Positions 28,480-38,609 of a DNA stretch of 62,276 nucleotides are shown piece by piece. Within the stretch, counting starts at the first letter, position 1. Each line of letters starts with the position of its first letter. The notes under the pieces were generated by a model. It saw only the letters and a list, made by a program, of their open reading frames with translations, ran no database searches and was not told the DNA's origin. The stretch is from Pelagibacteraceae bacterium AG-426-P20 (lineage in GTDB: Bacteria > Pseudomonadota > Alphaproteobacteria > Pelagibacterales > Pelagibacteraceae): the NCBI GenBank assembly GCA_003210015.1, contig QCNX01000001.1, positions 1 through 62,276 on the forward strand, read 5' to 3'. The position numbers and the translations under genes are program-made.

Positions 28480-29379
28480 ATGGTTAAAAAAAATTTAAGA
28501 GACTTAGTGGGCTATGGCTCTAAAGGAAAAAAGATCACTTGGCCAAATAGTTCAAAATTAGCACTTCAATTTGTCTTAAACTATGAAGAAGGTGGAGAAA
28601 ATTGTGTTTTAAATGGAGATAAATATTCTGAAACCTTTTTATCAGAGATAATTAACGCCAAAGCAATCAAGGGAAGACATATTAGTATGGAAAGCATTTA
28701 TGAATATGGATCGAGAGCTGGATTTTGGCGATTAGATAAATTGTTCAAAGAAAAGAAAATTCCAGTAACAATCTTTGGAGTGGGACTAGCCTTAAAACAA
28801 AACCCTGAAGTATGTAATGCTTTAAAAGATGGCGACTATGAAATTGCAGCACACGGCTATAGGTGGATTGATTATCAAAATATTAAAAGGTCAATTGAAA
28901 AAAAACACATGCAACAAGCAATCAAAACAATTAAAGATATTTTTGGTTCAAGACCATTAGGTTGGTATACAGGTCGATGTAGCCCTAATACTAGAGATTT
29001 AGTTTTTGATGATGGTGGTTTTTTATACGATAGTGATAGCTATAGCGATGATCTGCCTTACTGGGAATACAGAGGTAAAAAGAAACAACTTATTATTCCT
29101 TATACATTAGATAATAATGATATGAGATTTGCTACAAACCAAGGTTTTAATACAGGTGATCATTTTTATAATTATTTAAAAGATAGTTTTGATGCGTTAT
29201 ATGAAGAGGGAAAAACAAACCCTAAAATGATGTCTGTTGGATTACATTGCAGACTTATAGGAAGACCTGGAAGAATTCAGTCATTAAAAAAATTTTTGGA
29301 CTATGTTCTTAAATTTGAGGATGTTTGGATTTGTAAAAGAATTGATATAGCCAAGCATTGGATTAAAAATTATTCATAA
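28480..29379 (+). CDS. puuE: Allantoinase PuuE (polysaccharide deacetylase fold)
   Basis: VLNYEEGGEN, SIYEYGSRAGFWR, HGYRW, PYTLDNNDMRF, GLHCRLIGRPGR. Confidence 0.93.
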   Translation: MVKKNLRDLVGYGSKGKKITWPNSSKLALQFVLNYEEGGENCVLNGDKYSETFLSEIINAKAIKGRHISMESIYEYGSRAGFWRLDKLFKEKKIPVTIFGVGLALKQNPEVCNALKDGDYEIAAHGYRWIDYQNIKRSIEKKHMQQAIKTIKDIFGSRPLGWYTGRCSPNTRDLVFDDGGFLYDSDSYSDDLPYWEYRGKKKQLIIPYTLDNNDMRFATNQGFNTGDHFYNYLKDSFDALYEEGKTNPKMMSVGLHCRLIGRPGRIQSLKKFLDYVLKFEDVWICKRIDIAKHWIKNYS

Positions 29380-29380
29380 T

Positions 29381-30364
29381 ATGAAAGAAAAAATAATATT
29401 TACTAATGGATTAATAGACTTGGCTCAACCAAGGCTGGGCACAAAGGTAATTTATAAAACTGATGATTTTTTTGCATCAGCTAATAGAATTATTAGTCCA
29501 TCTATTCCAGTATTTAAAGATGGTGTATTTGATAAGCATGGAAAGTGGATGGATGGATGGGAGTCACGAAGAAAAAGAATTCTAGGGCATGATTACATTA
29601 TCTTAAAACTCGGTAAGCCAGGAAAAATTTCTAAGATTGATGTAGATACATCTCACTTTAATGGCAATCAACCAGCAATGGTTTCAATTGAAGGTTCATT
29701 CTCAAGCTCAAATAATATTAATCAATTAAAATGGATTTCAATTCTTACAAAAAAAAAGGTTAAAGCCAATTCTCATCACTTTTTTTCAATTAAAAACAAA
29801 AAAATATTTACTCATATCAAATTTAATATTTTTCCTGATGGTGGTGTTGCCAGATTAAGGTTATATGGATCTATTGCAAAATCAAAAAAAATTATCAATA
29901 AAAAAATGAATCTTGCTTCATTATTAGATGGGGCATCAGTTATCGCTTGCAACAATGAACACTTTGGTAAAGCTGAAAATATTTTAGCTCCAGGTAAAGC
30001 AAAAAATATGGGTGACGGCTGGGAAACTAGAAGACGAAGAGGTAAAGGAAATGATTGGTTAATTTTAAACTCAATTGATGGAAGTTCTATTGATAAAATT
30101 GAAATTTCAACTCATCATTTTAAAGGAAATTTCCCTAGTTACTGTTCTTTACAAGCAGCTTATTTACCAACCAAAAATTCTAAACAAATAGTTAACTCCT
30201 CTAATAAATGGAAATATTTATTAAAAAATTCAAAATTATCAGCCAACAAAACTCATATATTTAAAAATTCTTTAATGAAAAAAGATAAAATTAATCATAT
30301 AAAAATTAATATATTTCCTGATGGTGGTATTTCGAGATTTAGAATTTTTGGAAAAAAGATATGA
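29381..30364 (+). CDS. alc: Allantoicase
   Basis: Duplicated domains with DGWE[ST]RR and FPDGG[VI][AS]R motifs. Confidence 0.95.
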   Translation: MKEKIIFTNGLIDLAQPRLGTKVIYKTDDFFASANRIISPSIPVFKDGVFDKHGKWMDGWESRRKRILGHDYIILKLGKPGKISKIDVDTSHFNGNQPAMVSIEGSFSSSNNINQLKWISILTKKKVKANSHHFFSIKNKKIFTHIKFNIFPDGGVARLRLYGSIAKSKKIINKKMNLASLLDGASVIACNNEHFGKAENILAPGKAKNMGDGWETRRRRGKGNDWLILNSIDGSSIDKIEISTHHFKGNFPSYCSLQAAYLPTKNSKQIVNSSNKWKYLLKNSKLSANKTHIFKNSLMKKDKINHIKINIFPDGGISRFRIFGKKI

Positions 30365-30864
30365 CAAATTTAATTATTAAACCAAAACCTATTACTAAAG
30401 AAAACTTCAAGAAATTTGGTGACATGATAACAACTACAGATATCAAACCAATTGAAATTAATGATGGCTATGCAAAAAGATACGACGGTATTGCAAACTT
30501 AAATACAAAAAAAGATAATGGTGAGTCCACTATTAGTATTTTTTCTGCTCTTAAAAGATCTTTTCCAATGAAAGTTGATATGATGGAAAAACATCCCCTT
30601 GGAAGCCAAGCTTTTATTCCAATGAAAGAGACAACATTTTTAGCATTCGTTGCTCCGGAGGGAGATGAACCTGACTTAAAAAAAGTCGAGTCATTCATAA
30701 TTCCTAGAGGAATTGGTGTTAATTATAATCCAGGGGTTTGGCACTTCCCATTAATCTCAACTGAAGATATGAATTTTTTAGTTGTAGATAGATTAGGTGA
30801 TGGAGATAACTTAATTCTTCACGACCTAAATAAGGAAAATATCCTTTTAGAATTCCAAATATAA
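30361..30864 (+). CDS. allA: Ureidoglycolate lyase
   Basis: MEKHPLGSQAFIP, GVNY..GVWH, FLVVDR. Confidence 0.93.
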   Translation: MTNLIIKPKPITKENFKKFGDMITTTDIKPIEINDGYAKRYDGIANLNTKKDNGESTISIFSALKRSFPMKVDMMEKHPLGSQAFIPMKETTFLAFVAPEGDEPDLKKVESFIIPRGIGVNYNPGVWHFPLISTEDMNFLVVDRLGDGDNLILHDLNKENILLEFQI

Positions 30865-30897
30865 AAAAAAGCCCACCAATTTAAATTGATGGGCTTT
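30863..30897 (-). terminator. Intrinsic terminator between convergent allA and NCS1 genes
   Basis: A8 followed by GCCCACCAAT-TTAA-ATTGATGGGC-TTT; gives a U-run on the minus strand. Confidence 0.8.
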
Positions 30898-30910
30898 AAT
30901 TAAAATTTAA

Positions 30911-32365
30911 TTATCTTTTATTTGATGATATTGCTAAGTGAATCACAGCACCTAATGATGCTCCAATTATCCAAGCATATCCTCCACCACCACCTAAGTT
31001 AGCGAAGAAATCATCCATTCCTAAGAATAAGATGTTTGGCCAAACTGTACCAACAGCAATGTATCCTGATAGTGCCCATGCCAACATACCTTTACCATTG
31101 AAACCACCATTATAGTGATACTTGCCGTTAGGCGAGTCACTAAACAAGTCATCAATATCTAATCTTTGTTTTTTGATTATATAGTAGTCAGTAATCATTA
31201 TACCAAACACAGGAGCTAAAATTGCACCTAAAGTGTTTACAAACGGGAATAGTCCCATTTGAGTAATTACTGCAACCCACATACCACCAATTACAAAACC
31301 AAAAGCAGCAGTTATTAAACCACCAGTTCTGAAGTTGATTTTACTTGGCATTAAGTTTGCAAGGTCATACGCAGGAGGTATAAAGTTAGCAACCATATTG
31401 ATACCAACTGTTGCTGCAAAGAATGCAAATGCTGCAACGATTGTTAATACAATATTGTCTACTTTAGCTACCATGTCTGTTGGGTTTGCTACATATTCAC
31501 CAAAGATAGCGATTGTTCCACCAGTAATCATTAAAGTAATGAATGAGAAGAAAATAACGTTACCCACTAATCCCCATAGGTTACCTTTTTTCATTTCATT
31601 TTCATTTTTAACAAATCTAGCGAAGTCACCAAAATTGATTACCACAGCAGCAAAGTATCCTACCATAATTGAAAATACTGCTAGGAATGCTCCAAATGAA
31701 CCTAAACCTTCAAATCCACCTGTTCTTGTTCCTCCAGAAAATATTTCACCAACCTCTGATAAAAGACCTCCACCAGCTTTGAACCAAATTACTATCATTA
31801 ATAGAACCATCACTACATATACTGCTGGTCCTGCAAAGTTTAAGAATCTTTTTACAAGATCTACACCTTGCCAGAATAAGTAAACTTGGAATGCTGATAC
31901 AAATATAAATGACACCCACATTACTCCTGTCATTCCTAAAAACATCTCAGTACCTGGATTACCAGTGAGACCTGTAATTAGAAGTGCTACAGCAGTTGAT
32001 GCCGCATATGTTTGAGCTCCATACCAGAACATTGCCACAAGCCCTCTTGCCATCGCAGGAAAGTTTGCACCAAATACACCCATACTTACTCGAGCGAATA
32101 CTGGATAAGGAATTCCATGTTTAACACTTGGTTTACCTGATAAGTTCACTAACCACATAATAAAAAAGCCAGCAAGTATTAATGCTAAAAATACTGCCCA
32201 ACCATTTAATCCTGAGGCTAAGAATAAAGATGCTGCCAAAGTATATCCAAATAAACTTTGAACATCGTTTGCCCATACGTTAAAGATTTCAAACCATCCC
32301 CAATTTTTTTTATTAGTTGGAGTTGGTGCTAAATCTGCGTTGTAGAGCGATTTTGATCTACTCAT
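30911..32365 (-). CDS. NCS1 nucleobase:cation symporter (probable allantoin permease)
   Basis: YNADLAP, WANDVQS, GIPYPV.AR..G..GA, NFGDFAR, GINMVANF; SD GAGGAG; next to allantoin genes. Confidence 0.9.
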   Translation of the reverse strand: MSRSKSLYNADLAPTPTNKKNWGWFEIFNVWANDVQSLFGYTLAASLFLASGLNGWAVFLALILAGFFIMWLVNLSGKPSVKHGIPYPVFARVSMGVFGANFPAMARGLVAMFWYGAQTYAASTAVALLITGLTGNPGTEMFLGMTGVMWVSFIFVSAFQVYLFWQGVDLVKRFLNFAGPAVYVVMVLLMIVIWFKAGGGLLSEVGEIFSGGTRTGGFEGLGSFGAFLAVFSIMVGYFAAVVINFGDFARFVKNENEMKKGNLWGLVGNVIFFSFITLMITGGTIAIFGEYVANPTDMVAKVDNIVLTIVAAFAFFAATVGINMVANFIPPAYDLANLMPSKINFRTGGLITAAFGFVIGGMWVAVITQMGLFPFVNTLGAILAPVFGIMITDYYIIKKQRLDIDDLFSDSPNGKYHYNGGFNGKGMLAWALSGYIAVGTVWPNILFLGMDDFFANLGGGGGYAWIIGASLGAVIHLAISSNKR

Positions 32366-32547
32366 ATTTATCTCCTCTGTGTATTGCGAGTTATAACTAG
32401 TTTAATATATCGCAACGTTAATAGCTGAACCCTAATGATTTCTTTAATAAATACAAATAAATGATTTTTTCTTGGTAGTCCCTAAGTGTTGACTATCAAT
32501 GTTAAATTAATGTGAGCCTAAAATGAACACTTCTTAATTGAAAAAAA

Positions 32548-33984
32548 TTAGTTATTCCAACCACTAACAGCTTTAACCTCTAAATATTCTTCCAGGCCTA
32601 GTTTTCCAGCTTCACGGCCAATACCGGAGTGCTTGTAACCACCAAATGGTGCGTCTGGTGCTAGACCTGCGCCATTGATATCAACCATTCCTGATCTAAG
32701 TTTTCTTGCAACACGATTTGCTTTTTCTTGATCTTGTGTTTGAATAAAATTTAAGAGTCCATATGGAGTATCATTAGCAATTTTGATTGCTTCTTCTTCT
32801 GTTTCAAATGGTATTATCGATAAGACAGGTCCAAATATTTCAGTTCTAGCTATTTGCATTTGATTATTAACATCTGCAAATGCTGTTGGTTTTACAAAAT
32901 ATCCTTTATCCAAACCATCAGGTTTACCAGTTCCGCCAGCAACTAATTTTGCTCCCTCATCAATTCCAACTTGAATTAATGATTGAATTTTATCGAATTG
33001 AGTTTTAGATACAACGGGACCAATATGGTCTCCCTCTTTAGATGCAACATCTACTTTCATTGAGTTAGCAAATTTTTTAACTCTTTCAACTGCTTCATTA
33101 TACATTGATTTTTCAACTAACATTCTAGTTGGTGCATTGCAAGACTGTCCTGTATTTCTAAAACATCTTAAAGCACCTCTTTCAACCGCCTCAGCATCAG
33201 CGTCTTTAAATATTATATTGGCTCCTTTACCTCCAAGCTCTAAACTTACTCTTTTAAAATCTTTAGCTGCATTTTCAGAAATCAAAGCCCCTGCTCTAGT
33301 TGATCCGGTGAATGAAATCATATTAATATCTGGATGACTTGTTAGTGCATTCCCAGTAACTGCGCCATCTCCATTTACTAAATTGAATACACCTTTTGGT
33401 AACTTAATTTCATCAATCATCTCTGCTAAAATCATTGACGATAGTGGTGCAATTTCAGATGGCTTAAGAACCATTGTACAACCAGCAGCAATAGCTGGAA
33501 TTACTTTTAAACATGTTTGATTCATTGGCCAGTTCCATGGTGTAATTAAAGCACAAACCCCTTTTGGTTCGTGCAAAATATTATTATTAGGAGCATGTTC
33601 CCCAAGTTTTGCTTCAAATGTATATTCTTTTAAAACTTTTATATAAGATTTTATATGACTGGCGCCTGTTCCAGCTTGTAATTGAGTTGAAAAATCTATT
33701 GGTGCGCCCATCTCTAAAGATATAGCTTTAGCCATATCGGCCCACCTTTTTTTATATACAACGTACAAAGCTTCTAAGTATTTTAATCTTTCTTCTTTAG
33801 AAGAAAACGCCCAAGTTTCAAAAGCTTTGGTAGCTGCACTAACGGCAGTATTCACATCATCTACCCCACCTAGAGATATAACAGCACACTCTTCTTCAGT
33901 TGAAGGGTCTATTACTTTAAAATCATTTGGTTTTTTTGGGGCAACCCATGCTCCATTGATATAAAAATTTTTTTTATCTAACAT
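32548..33984 (-). CDS. NAD(P)+-dependent aldehyde dehydrogenase
   Basis: ITPWNWP, KPSE, FTGS, LELGGK, GQSC, EIFGP, PFGG. Confidence 0.95.
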   Translation of the reverse strand: MLDKKNFYINGAWVAPKKPNDFKVIDPSTEEECAVISLGGVDDVNTAVSAATKAFETWAFSSKEERLKYLEALYVVYKKRWADMAKAISLEMGAPIDFSTQLQAGTGASHIKSYIKVLKEYTFEAKLGEHAPNNNILHEPKGVCALITPWNWPMNQTCLKVIPAIAAGCTMVLKPSEIAPLSSMILAEMIDEIKLPKGVFNLVNGDGAVTGNALTSHPDINMISFTGSTRAGALISENAAKDFKRVSLELGGKGANIIFKDADAEAVERGALRCFRNTGQSCNAPTRMLVEKSMYNEAVERVKKFANSMKVDVASKEGDHIGPVVSKTQFDKIQSLIQVGIDEGAKLVAGGTGKPDGLDKGYFVKPTAFADVNNQMQIARTEIFGPVLSIIPFETEEEAIKIANDTPYGLLNFIQTQDQEKANRVARKLRSGMVDINGAGLAPDAPFGGYKHSGIGREAGKLGLEEYLEVKAVSGWNN

Positions 33985-34004
33985 TTTGAGAAACTAACCT
34001 TTCT

Positions 34005-34964
34005 TTATGATTTTGCAAATAAATTTGTTAACTCATAAACAATAGTTGCCGCAGCTAATGAAGTAACTTCAGCATGATCGTACGCTGGTGAGACTTCAAC
34101 CACATCAGCAGAAACTAGATTTAATCCTGAAAGGCCTCTTAAAACATTAACCATTTCTCTTGTAGTCATACCCGCAATTTCTGGTGTACCTGTTCCAGGA
34201 GCAAATGCTGGATCTAATACATCAATATCAATTGATAAATATAAAGGATTGTTACCTACTCTTTTTTTTATTCTTTCTGCAATTTTATCAGTACCTTCTG
34301 TTTGAAATTCATCACAATGAATTATCTTAAATCCAAAACTTTCATCATTTTTAATATCATCTCTACTATAAAGTGGGCCTCTAATACCAACATGCATTGA
34401 AGCATCATCTAAAAATAATCCTTCCTCTCTTGCTCTTCTAAACGGAGTTCCGTGTGTATAGGGTGCTCCAAAATAAGTATCCCAAGTATCTAAATGAGCA
34501 TCAAAATGAACTAATGAAACAGGTCCATTACATTTTTTATTAATTGCTCTTAAAAGTGGAACTGCGATTGTATGATCTCCTCCTAAGCTAATTATACCAC
34601 CAACTTTATTTAATAAATCTGTCGCTCCAGCCTCTATCTGTTTTATCGACTCATCAATACTAAATGGATTACAAGTGATATCACCAGCATCAGCTACTTG
34701 TTGAACTTTAAAAGGTTCAACATCATAACTTGGATGATAATTGGTTCTTAAATGTCGTGAGGCCTGTCTAATGCTCATAGGTCCGAATCTAGCGCCAGGT
34801 CTATAACTTGTCCCTGCATCAAATGGGATTCCAACTATTGCAACATCGCAACTTTCAACATCTCTTAGCTCTGGCAATCTTGCAAATGTTGAAGGGCCAG
34901 CAAACCGTGGCACTTTAGTTCCACTAACAGGTTGGATTGGATCTTTATTTCTTTTTTTTTTCAC
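34005..34964 (-). CDS. speB: Agmatinase/guanidinoalkanoate ureohydrolase
   Basis: GGDHT, HFDAHLD, HGTPF, SIDIDVLDP, EVSPAYD; exact substrate uncertain. Confidence 0.85.
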   Translation of the reverse strand: MKKKRNKDPIQPVSGTKVPRFAGPSTFARLPELRDVESCDVAIVGIPFDAGTSYRPGARFGPMSIRQASRHLRTNYHPSYDVEPFKVQQVADAGDITCNPFSIDESIKQIEAGATDLLNKVGGIISLGGDHTIAVPLLRAINKKCNGPVSLVHFDAHLDTWDTYFGAPYTHGTPFRRAREEGLFLDDASMHVGIRGPLYSRDDIKNDESFGFKIIHCDEFQTEGTDKIAERIKKRVGNNPLYLSIDIDVLDPAFAPGTGTPEIAGMTTREMVNVLRGLSGLNLVSADVVEVSPAYDHAEVTSLAAATIVYELTNLFAKS

Positions 34965-35017
34965 AGTAAAATTGTATCACATTCTTTTAAATTGGAATAT
35001 CTTCTAAATAAAAATTT

Positions 35018-35743
35018 ATGAATATAATAAGAATAATCATATTATCTTTGTTTATCTTTACACAATCTCAAGCTGATACAATTTATAATCTGATAAAAAT
35101 TCCTAATCTTGAAATTTATGAGATCAACACTTCAAATAAACTTAGATACTTGTACGCCAAACAACCATTCACAATTGGTGTAGATAATAATATTAATTGC
35201 TTTAACCCAGAAAAAAAAGTTTTAGATGAAAAGTATAAAATAATTCAAAAAAATCTAAATAGATATAATCAAAAATTTTTAAAAAAGATTAATCTTAAAT
35301 ACATTGTTCTCTGTGAAGATTTATCAATTTCAAATATTAATACCGCAGGAATACCAGATAATGTAATGAAAACTTTAATCCTAGATATAAGATTTGATGA
35401 AAAATATTTTGAACGAGTAATTCATCATGAAGTATTTCATATTATTAATGATAGTTACAAAGAAGTATTTAATGAAAAAGTATGGTCTAATTTTAATGTT
35501 AAAAATTTTAGATACGCAGAATGCTCTACTTGCACAGATAAATTGGGGCTTAATACTTATTCTGATACAGAAGGTTTTTTTACTGAATATTCACAATCGA
35601 CTGCATCAGAAGACATGGCTGAAGTTTTCTCCCATTTAATGATTGGGTCAGATTTGAGTAATAATGATCCTATTTTAGATAAAAAAATTCAATTCATTAA
35701 AAAAAACCTATTAAAAATAGATAAAAACTTTGTTTATGATTAA
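35018..35743 (+). CDS. Putative exported zinc metallopeptidase-like protein
   Basis: Signal peptide, HHEVFH (HExxH) and EDMAEVF. Confidence 0.6.
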   Translation: MNIIRIIILSLFIFTQSQADTIYNLIKIPNLEIYEINTSNKLRYLYAKQPFTIGVDNNINCFNPEKKVLDEKYKIIQKNLNRYNQKFLKKINLKYIVLCEDLSISNINTAGIPDNVMKTLILDIRFDEKYFERVIHHEVFHIINDSYKEVFNEKVWSNFNVKNFRYAECSTCTDKLGLNTYSDTEGFFTEYSQSTASEDMAEVFSHLMIGSDLSNNDPILDKKIQFIKKNLLKIDKNFVYD

Positions 35744-36383
35744 GAAAATTAAAGCCTCTAGATCTGAAAAAATAATTTTCGTTTTTATTATTCTTTTAGC
35801 AACATTTTCATTTGGTTCTTTCCTTTTAATTAAAGATAAATGTTTATTTGTCAAAAGTTATGATCCTAAAAAAATTAAATTTGATAATCCTAAAAACATT
35901 GCAATATTAAATGTACCTTGTGGAAATGTTATTATTGAACTTTATCCAAAAATTTCTCCTAATGGAGTAAAAAGATTTGTAAGTTTAATTAATACTAAGG
36001 CTTATGACGATATTGCCTTTCACAGAGTTATTAAAAATACACTTGTACAGGCTGGAGATTTAGAATTTGGAAAAAAAGGGAATATAGATTATGGAAAAAT
36101 TGGAACAGGAAAGTCAGGATTAGGAACCATTAATTCTGAAGTAGATGCACCATTTAATTTTGATAAAGGTAGTGTTGCTTTAGCTAGAACACAAAAATAC
36201 AATACTGAAGACAGTCAATTCTTTATTGTGCTGAGAGATGAACCTTTATATGAAACTGAATATACTCCTATTGGAAAAGTAATTTATGGCTTGAAAGCTT
36301 TAGAAAAAATAAAATATTTAGACAAATCTCAATATGTATTAAGACCTGACTTTATAAATTCAATTAGGATGTTAATTAACTAA
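35736..36383 (+). CDS. Cyclophilin-type peptidyl-prolyl isomerase with N-terminal membrane anchor
   Basis: FHRVI, QAGD, VALAR, SQFFI, GKVIYG. Confidence 0.9.
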   Translation: MIKKIKASRSEKIIFVFIILLATFSFGSFLLIKDKCLFVKSYDPKKIKFDNPKNIAILNVPCGNVIIELYPKISPNGVKRFVSLINTKAYDDIAFHRVIKNTLVQAGDLEFGKKGNIDYGKIGTGKSGLGTINSEVDAPFNFDKGSVALARTQKYNTEDSQFFIVLRDEPLYETEYTPIGKVIYGLKALEKIKYLDKSQYVLRPDFINSIRMLIN

Positions 36384-38594
36384 GGGTTTACCGGTAGCTA
36401 AAGTATGCTTTATTCTATCTTGGGTTTTTTGAGTTTCAATTAATCTCATAAAGGCATCTAGTTCTAATTTAAATAAATCATCTTCTGTTAAAGTTTTATC
36501 AATTGAGGTATCTCCTCCACTTAAAACATGTGCTAATTCTTTTGCAACTACAACACCGTGATCTAAAATAACTTTTTCATTATAAAGTTTGTCTAAAATT
36601 TTATCCATTTCTCCCCTTACAGCCTTGCCTGGTAATTTAAATTCAAATTCATTTGGTACTTTAAAATCTTTATTATCTTTAAGAATGTTTTTAGAAACTT
36701 CTAGTAAACTATTTCTGTTCATTATTTTTTTATCACTAGGTCTTAAATATTTCATTGGCTCTGCTTCAACAGGTGATGTAGCTGTTTTTCCATACCCAAT
36801 AATATCAAAAACTTTTAAAGGTGCGTAATTTGGATCTTTTTTTGCCTCATCAGTATCAAGCCATCTTGCTAACATTTCTTTACATCCGCCCCCTGCTGGA
36901 ATTAATCCAACAATAGTTTCAACTAATCCAACCACAATGTTGGTATGAGAGGCAACAAAGTTACTTTGTACCATTACTTCAAATCCACCTCCCAATGTTA
37001 ATCCTGATGGAGCTGAAACAACTGGATATTTTGAATATTTCAAATGTTTACATGTCTCTTGAAAATATTTGATAAACTTTTCAATTGATTTAAAATCTTT
37101 TTTGTCTGCAAATTCCATTGTGTAAGTTAAGTTTACACCTGCAGAAAATTGCATACTTTCATTTATTATTATTAGAGGTTTATCAGTTGCTTTTTTTAAA
37201 GCATCCATTGAGTCATAATCTAAAGCATTAGCTTTAGTGGTAAATTCAACAATATTATAATCAGTAAATCTATAAATTTTTGCAGAGTCATTTCCATCTA
37301 AACTTGATGCTGTCTTTTTAACTTTCCCTAAAGTTTCTATGTTCGTATATTTTTGTCTCTCACCATAAAAATCTTCATTTTTAGTTTTTGATAGGTCTTC
37401 TAAAAAACCATTGCCAGTAAAGTCATCAACTCTATTAAAGAAATTTTTTACACCTATTTCTTCAAGCATTTCGAAAGGACCTTTGGTCCAGTTAAAACCT
37501 AGTCTCATTGCTTCATCAATATCATTAAATTCTTTGGTAATACTTGGAATTAACGAGGAAGCATATTTAATAATTTTAGACAACACTGACCAAGCATATT
37601 CACCATATTTATCTTTTCGATTGATTAATGCCTGTAGATCTACTTTATCTGATTTAACATCAATCTTTTTACTTGGAGAATAGCCTCCAGTTTCAAGGTT
37701 GATGGCTTCCATAACTTTTGTGACCCCTGTTTTGTTCATTCGATAAAATCCACCTTTGCCTTTTCTTCCGGTGTAGCCGGTCTCAATCAATTTTTTTACT
37801 AATGGAATTTCTTTTGCAACTTCATGAAATTTATCAGATTTTGGCAGTTCTTTTATAAAACTTTTTAATACATCTGCCATCAGATCAATGCCTATTAAAT
37901 CATATAATCCAAATACACCTGTTTTTGGAATACCCATTGGTCTACCAAATATTGCATCTGCCTCTTCAACAGAAAGTTTCATTTTAAAGGCTTCAGTCAT
38001 TGCAACTTGCATTGCATAAACGCCAACTCTGTTTCCTAAAAAACCTGGAGTATCGTTACAAACTATTGCACCTTTACCCAGTTCTATTTCACAAAATTCT
38101 TTTAATTGATTAATCTTATTAAGATCATTGTTTTCATTTTTAACAATTTCTAATAAACCCATGTATCTAACAGGATTAAAAAAGTGTGTAATACAGAAGT
38201 CTTTTTTTTGTTCATTTTTTAAGTGTTCAGATAAAACTTTAATAGGAATTGACGATGTGTTTGAGGAAACAATTGCCCCATCTTTTCTTTCTTTAAATAT
38301 TTTTTCATAAATTTGGTGTTTAATGTCAATTCTTTCAACTACTGCTTCGACTATCCAATCAGCTTCTTTAACCACATCAAAGTTATCATTAATATTTCCA
38401 ACTTTGATATTATTAATTTTGGATTTATCAATTAATAATGGAGGCCTAGATTTATGAATTTTATCTCTTGCTTTTTCACTAATCTCTGTTTTTAAATCTA
38501 ATAAAGTTACCGGTATATTGGCATTACATAAATGTGCAGCAATACCACTACCCATTGTTCCAGAGCCAATCACCACTACGTTCTTAATCTTCAT
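36372..38594 (-). CDS. 3-hydroxyacyl-CoA dehydrogenase/enoyl-CoA hydratase fusion (FadN-like)
   Basis: GSGTMG, EAVVE, SNTS, HFFNPVRYM, PGFLGNR; C-terminal crotonase domain FSAGVNL, LGGGFE. Confidence 0.93.
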   Translation of the reverse strand: MKIKNVVVIGSGTMGSGIAAHLCNANIPVTLLDLKTEISEKARDKIHKSRPPLLIDKSKINNIKVGNINDNFDVVKEADWIVEAVVERIDIKHQIYEKIFKERKDGAIVSSNTSSIPIKVLSEHLKNEQKKDFCITHFFNPVRYMGLLEIVKNENNDLNKINQLKEFCEIELGKGAIVCNDTPGFLGNRVGVYAMQVAMTEAFKMKLSVEEADAIFGRPMGIPKTGVFGLYDLIGIDLMADVLKSFIKELPKSDKFHEVAKEIPLVKKLIETGYTGRKGKGGFYRMNKTGVTKVMEAINLETGGYSPSKKIDVKSDKVDLQALINRKDKYGEYAWSVLSKIIKYASSLIPSITKEFNDIDEAMRLGFNWTKGPFEMLEEIGVKNFFNRVDDFTGNGFLEDLSKTKNEDFYGERQKYTNIETLGKVKKTASSLDGNDSAKIYRFTDYNIVEFTTKANALDYDSMDALKKATDKPLIIINESMQFSAGVNLTYTMEFADKKDFKSIEKFIKYFQETCKHLKYSKYPVVSAPSGLTLGGGFEVMVQSNFVASHTNIVVGLVETIVGLIPAGGGCKEMLARWLDTDEAKKDPNYAPLKVFDIIGYGKTATSPVEAEPMKYLRPSDKKIMNRNSLLEVSKNILKDNKDFKVPNEFEFKLPGKAVRGEMDKILDKLYNEKVILDHGVVVAKELAHVLSGGDTSIDKTLTEDDLFKLELDAFMRLIETQKTQDRIKHTLATGKPLVN

Positions 38595-38609
38595 GAGATA
38601 TTTTTTTTA

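Noticed and set aside
31335-31883. 182-aa + strand ORF and the other short ORFs nested in or antisense to genes (e.g. 1489, 3744, 12460, 35427, 50068, 57408)
   Set aside because: Shadow frames of well-supported genes, with no SD or family motifs
32400-32440. Xanthine (NMT1) or purine riboswitch before the NCS1 gene
   Set aside because: Only a short TTCAGC resemblance; the rest of the consensus is not visible
32473-32484. tRNA gene suggested by TAGGGACTACCA on the minus strand
   Set aside because: No T-arm (GTTCRA), D-arm or anticodon arm; at most a 12-nt remnant, and no integrase nearby
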